From: Candidatus Levyibacteriota bacterium
Lineage (GTDB): Bacteria > Patescibacteriota > Microgenomatia > Levybacterales > UBA12049
Direction: 5' to 3'
Assembly: GCA_016180725.1 (NCBI GenBank)
Contig: JACPAR010000005.1
Coordinates: forward strand, 22,654 to 86,653
Length of the DNA stretch: 64,000 bases
Part shown: positions 60,442-64,000 of the stretch, piece after piece
How positions within the stretch are numbered: the stretch's first letter is position 1
How the letters are laid out: the number at the start of each line of letters is the position of its first letter
The notes under the pieces: model-generated
The model's database searches: none
The model's input: the letters and a program-made list of their open reading frames with translations, nothing else
What the model was told of the DNA's origin: nothing
Program-made: the position numbers and the translations under genes

Positions 60442-61980
60442 TTATTTATGTTTGTATACAAATGCGAGACCTGCGCTATCTGCTTTAACTGTATAAACAA
60501 GATAGTAATCTTTTTGTAATACATTGCTATCAAAACCATTTCTTATTATTGAGTAGTAGTTAACAACTACATAATCATAGGATTTATCCAATTCAAATTT
60601 TAAGAAATTAAGTCCATTAACTGGTTTAAACGTATGCGGCGGATTTAGATTATATCCAACCACAGAACCTTTCGGGGCAATTTTTTCTAAATACAAAGAT
60701 GTCTCGCGCAACCCCTCACCTGATCCATCCATTAGAAAAAGTTTTTTATTGTAAACATTCTTTGCTCCTCCGACTAAGATATTAAAATAATCAAAATAGT
60801 ATGGAGTGATTCTAGCTAAAACAATAACTAAATAGAAAAAAAGTATCAGTAAAGAAAACAACTTAATCTTAATGCTCTGAGTAAATTTTTCTAAAAGAAA
60901 ATTAAACCCTATCCCAACCAAAAGAGAAAAAGGAGCATATGCTTGAATAATATATTTAACTCCTCCTTGACGGGTATTTTGAAAAGATAAAAGAAAAGGC
61001 GTAATAAACCAAACAATTAGAACATACATTAAATATTTATTTTTATAATTACTTTTTAAACCTATAAAAAAAAGTATCAAAAGAAGAAAAGGTGTCATGA
61101 TTAAAAATAAAAAATAGAAATATACAATAGGAGAACCCATCATCCTGCCAAAAAAAACTTCAGGTGTTGGTCCAACTTTTCCTGACAACCATAGATTATA
61201 AGTGGAACCAGTAAATTCTTTAAGATAAAACCAAGGCATAGGCCATAAGATAAAATAAGTTACAAACGCTACCGCAAAAATGTAGATTATTTTTAGCATG
61301 ACTTTTTTTTTATTTGTTATTTTGGATGAGTATTTATTCCAAAAATAATAAATGCTCAAAAATAAAGGAACTAATAAAACATTAGGTTGTTTTACCTCTA
61401 CCGACATTCCTAACATTAATCCAGTTAAAATAAGTGCTTTTATTGATTGCTTCTTCAAAAAATAAACAAATGAATAGACCGACGCCGTAAAGAAAAACAT
61501 AGTAAATGATTCATAAGTAACTCGCTGCGATAGACCTACAAAGTAAGGGATTGAAGATAATACCAATGCCGCTGTCAACCCAACAAATGGAGAAATATAT
61601 TTCCATCCAAAAAGAAACACAAGCATAACCGCCAATGAGGAAACAAAAACAGATATTAATCTTGTATGGTTAAGATCATATGTAAATATAGGTGCTCCCT
61701 TTTTTCCAAGATATTCTGGTATTGCTGAAGGAGAAAATCTTATAAAATCAAAATAGGATGCAATACCATAAAAATAATTAATCAAAGGTGGATGATCATA
61801 TGAATCAACCCAATAGCGATTACTGAAGTCACCTTTCTTGATTAATTCTATTAAATTATACCCTTTTTCTGTAAGCGCACCCTCTTCCCATGTTCTTCCC
61901 ATCTCATTCAGATTCCACAATCTCAAAGCAACTGCAATTAAAAATACAATAATCGCGCAAATAACTTTATATTTTTTCAT
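60442..61980 (-). CDS. ArnT/PMT (GT-C fold) family glycosyltransferase
   Basis: TWEE, DHPPL, many TMs, VKQP. Confidence 0.8.
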   Translation of the reverse strand: MKKYKVICAIIVFLIAVALRLWNLNEMGRTWEEGALTEKGYNLIELIKKGDFSNRYWVDSYDHPPLINYFYGIASYFDFIRFSPSAIPEYLGKKGAPIFTYDLNHTRLISVFVSSLAVMLVFLFGWKYISPFVGLTAALVLSSIPYFVGLSQRVTYESFTMFFFTASVYSFVYFLKKQSIKALILTGLMLGMSVEVKQPNVLLVPLFLSIYYFWNKYSSKITNKKKVMLKIIYIFAVAFVTYFILWPMPWFYLKEFTGSTYNLWLSGKVGPTPEVFFGRMMGSPIVYFYFLFLIMTPFLLLILFFIGLKSNYKNKYLMYVLIVWFITPFLLSFQNTRQGGVKYIIQAYAPFSLLVGIGFNFLLEKFTQSIKIKLFSLLILFFYLVIVLARITPYYFDYFNILVGGAKNVYNKKLFLMDGSGEGLRETSLYLEKIAPKGSVVGYNLNPPHTFKPVNGLNFLKFELDKSYDYVVVNYYSIIRNGFDSNVLQKDYYLVYTVKADSAGLAFVYKHK

Positions 61981-62122
61981 ACTTTCTAATCAAAGCCCTC
62001 AGGAATTGAGTATAAATGACAGATTTTAACCAGTGCAATCTTTTCAAATAACATTCAGCTGGTTCCTTAACTTGGAAAATTTTCTCAAATATTTTTTTTG
62101 GTATGAATTTTACTGTACCCAT
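61967..62122 (-). CDS. Putative 51-aa basic protein MGTVKFIPKKIFEKIFQVKEP...
   Basis: SD GAGGAGGTGA upstream; stop overlaps the glycosyltransferase start. Confidence 0.45.
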   Translation of the reverse strand: MGTVKFIPKKIFEKIFQVKEPAECYLKRLHWLKSVIYTQFLRALIRKYEKI

Positions 62123-62161
62123 AAACTCTTCACCTCCTCACTTTCTACCTCTATTTTTATC

Positions 62162-62323
62162 TTAATCGTTGAGTAGAGAATATGTGTCTAGTTTAATGGG
62201 TACCTGCCTTTTAAAAGTTCCGTCTTTGTCCCAATTGCGGAGAGTATTTGGATGTACCTGAAGAAGTTTTACGGCTTCACCAATGGTAATAAGCTTAAGG
62301 GAAGAAATTGCTTTTTTCTTCAT
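62162..62323 (-). pseudogene. Short or truncated MerR/excisionase-type HTH
   Basis: LITIGEAVKLLQVHPNTLRNWDKDG; the usual GxRRY wing is absent. Confidence 0.6.
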
Positions 62324-62401
62324 ATATTCCCAAAAGCATATTACAAAATTTAACAATCTATTACAATAGTTAATAATATTAAAAGGGTAACGCGTCGGGA
62401 T

Positions 62402-64000
62402 TTAATTTGGATAGTGGCATTTTTTGTATTTTTTGCCGCTTCCGCACCAACAGGGATCGTTGCGGCCAAGTTTACCTTTAGTACTTAGGGATTTGTTATT
62501 AGAGCTTAGTTGAGAAGAACTCTTATTAACCTCCAACCTCTGATTTACTAATTTACTATTTGACGATTCTGATATGCCTGATTCTGTACCTGCGGCGTGA
62601 GTAACAATATGCTGATGTTGGGGCATTTCCGGAGACTGTTGTACCTGTATTTTGTAAATCCTATGGGCAATCTGATCATCAATACCAACCATTAACTGTT
62701 CAAACATTCTGAACGCCTCGTTTTTGTATTCAACTAAAGGATCGCGCTGACCATAACCTCTTAAACCAATTCCCTGACGAAGATTTTCTACTGCGTCTAA
62801 ATGATCCATCCACAAATTATCCATAACCGAAAGGGTAACGTAGCGCTCAATTTGTCTCATAATGTCTTCTCCTAATTGCTCCTCCCTTTTTTGATAAATA
62901 TCTTCTGCAATTTTGGTTAAAAATTCCTCTCTGGATTCAATTGTATGCAATTGCTGAAGTTGTATTACAAGCTGTTTTTGCGACTGCTCATCAAAAGGAA
63001 TAATTGTAGAAAATTCAGAAGCTATTTTTTCTTCGGCATTTGTTTCTTCATAATCTTGTACGCTGTTTACATTCACAAGTGCAGCAATATTGTTTTTAAT
63101 TTTTTCTAACGTCTCTTCTTTTAAAGAGGTATTTGAATCTGCTGCTTGCGCTTCTAAAACTTTTCTTCTAGAAGAATAGATTATTTCTCTTTGCTTATTT
63201 AAAACATCATCATACTCAACCAAATGTTTTCTAATGTCAAAATTAAATCCTTCTACTTTAATTTGAGCTTGCTCAATTGCACGGGAAACTATTGCATGTT
63301 CAAGCGGCACATCTTCCGGCATGTTAAAACGGGTCATAAGATTTGCAATTGTTTCTCCGCCAAAAAGCCGCATAATTTCATCATCCAGCGCCACAAAAAA
63401 ACGGGATGTACCGGGGTCTCCTTGTCTACCGGAACGTCCTCTTAACTGGTTGTCAATGCGTCTTGCTTCGTGTCTTTCTGTTCCAATAACGTACAATCCA
63501 CCTGCTTTTAGCACATCTTTGTGATTTTTCTCCCACTGCTCCCATTCTTTTGTATTCTGCTTTATAGAGCCGTCTTCGTACTTTGGGCTGTCTCCACCCA
63601 AAATAATATCAACACCCCTTCCCGCCATATTTGTTGCGACAGTAACTGCGCCTTTTTTTCCAGCCATTGCAATTATCTCCGCTTCTCTTTCGTGATTTTT
63701 AGCATTTAATACTTCGTGTTTTATGCCTCTTCTTCTTAAAAGCTCCGAAATAATTTCATTTTTTTCTATTGACGTTGTGCCAACCAATACCGGCTGGCCT
63801 TTTTTATGCGCTTCTTCTATTTCTTTTGCAACTGCCGATAACTTTGCTCTGCCGGTTTTATAAACAGCATCTGCTAAATCTAGCCTAACCATAGGATTAT
63901 TCGTTGGAATAACCACGACATCAAGTTTATAAATTTTATGAAATTCTTCTGATTCAGTTGCTGCTGTCCCTGTCATACCGGCTAGTTTTTCGTACATGCG
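62402..64000 (-). CDS. secA: Preprotein translocase SecA, 5' partial
   Basis: GMTGTA, ATNMAGRG, RRIDNQLRGRSGRQGDPG, SEC-C motif GRNDPCWCGSGKKYKKCH. Confidence 0.98.
   Translation of the reverse strand, partial: RMYEKLAGMTGTAATESEEFHKIYKLDVVVIPTNNPMVRLDLADAVYKTGRAKLSAVAKEIEEAHKKGQPVLVGTTSIEKNEIISELLRRRGIKHEVLNAKNHEREAEIIAMAGKKGAVTVATNMAGRGVDIILGGDSPKYEDGSIKQNTKEWEQWEKNHKDVLKAGGLYVIGTERHEARRIDNQLRGRSGRQGDPGTSRFFVALDDEIMRLFGGETIANLMTRFNMPEDVPLEHAIVSRAIEQAQIKVEGFNFDIRKHLVEYDDVLNKQREIIYSSRRKVLEAQAADSNTSLKEETLEKIKNNIAALVNVNSVQDYEETNAEEKIASEFSTIIPFDEQSQKQLVIQLQQLHTIESREEFLTKIAEDIYQKREEQLGEDIMRQIERYVTLSVMDNLWMDHLDAVENLRQGIGLRGYGQRDPLVEYKNEAFRMFEQLMVGIDDQIAHRIYKIQVQQSPEMPQHQHIVTHAAGTESGISESSNSKLVNQRLEVNKSSSQLSSNNKSLSTKGKLGRNDPCWCGSGKKYKKCHYPN

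Noticed and set aside
62162-62356. IS607-type resolvase or mobile element
   Set aside because: Only an HTH fragment; no serine recombinase domain or tnpB

Overview
AT-rich (roughly one-third GC by eye), gene-dense bacterial chromosome segment in genetic code 11. Gene content and compact gene variants suggest a Patescibacteria/CPR (Microgenomates-like) genome; this is an inference. Housekeeping genes: PBP1A, a PAS histidine kinase with receiver, gltX, a disrupted aspS, recJ, CCA-adding enzyme, secDF, an Rrf2-sufCBDSU-ferredoxin-2-oxoacid:ferredoxin oxidoreductase operon, a nucleotide-sugar/glycosyltransferase cluster, tsaE/C/B, ftsEX with a coiled-coil C39-like hydrolase, prfB, transketolase, uppP, DNA-repair genes and the 3' part of secA. 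No rRNA, tRNA, CRISPR array, transposase or integrase was seen. Main leads: (1) a translationally coupled three-gene cassette (two small paralog-like proteins plus a stand-alone caspase/gingipain-type His-Cys protease) next to a GIY-YIG nuclease, lying inside a DNA-repair locus; (2) GC-rich palindromic elements and 7-bp tandem arrays inserted in frame in core genes, including a 150-bp element whose removal restores a perfect heptamer array in recJ; (3) a TrpR-like gene bracketed by 19-bp inverted repeats; (4) unannotated micro-ORFs with perfect Shine-Dalgarno (SD) sites; (5) internally deleted aspS and alkA.
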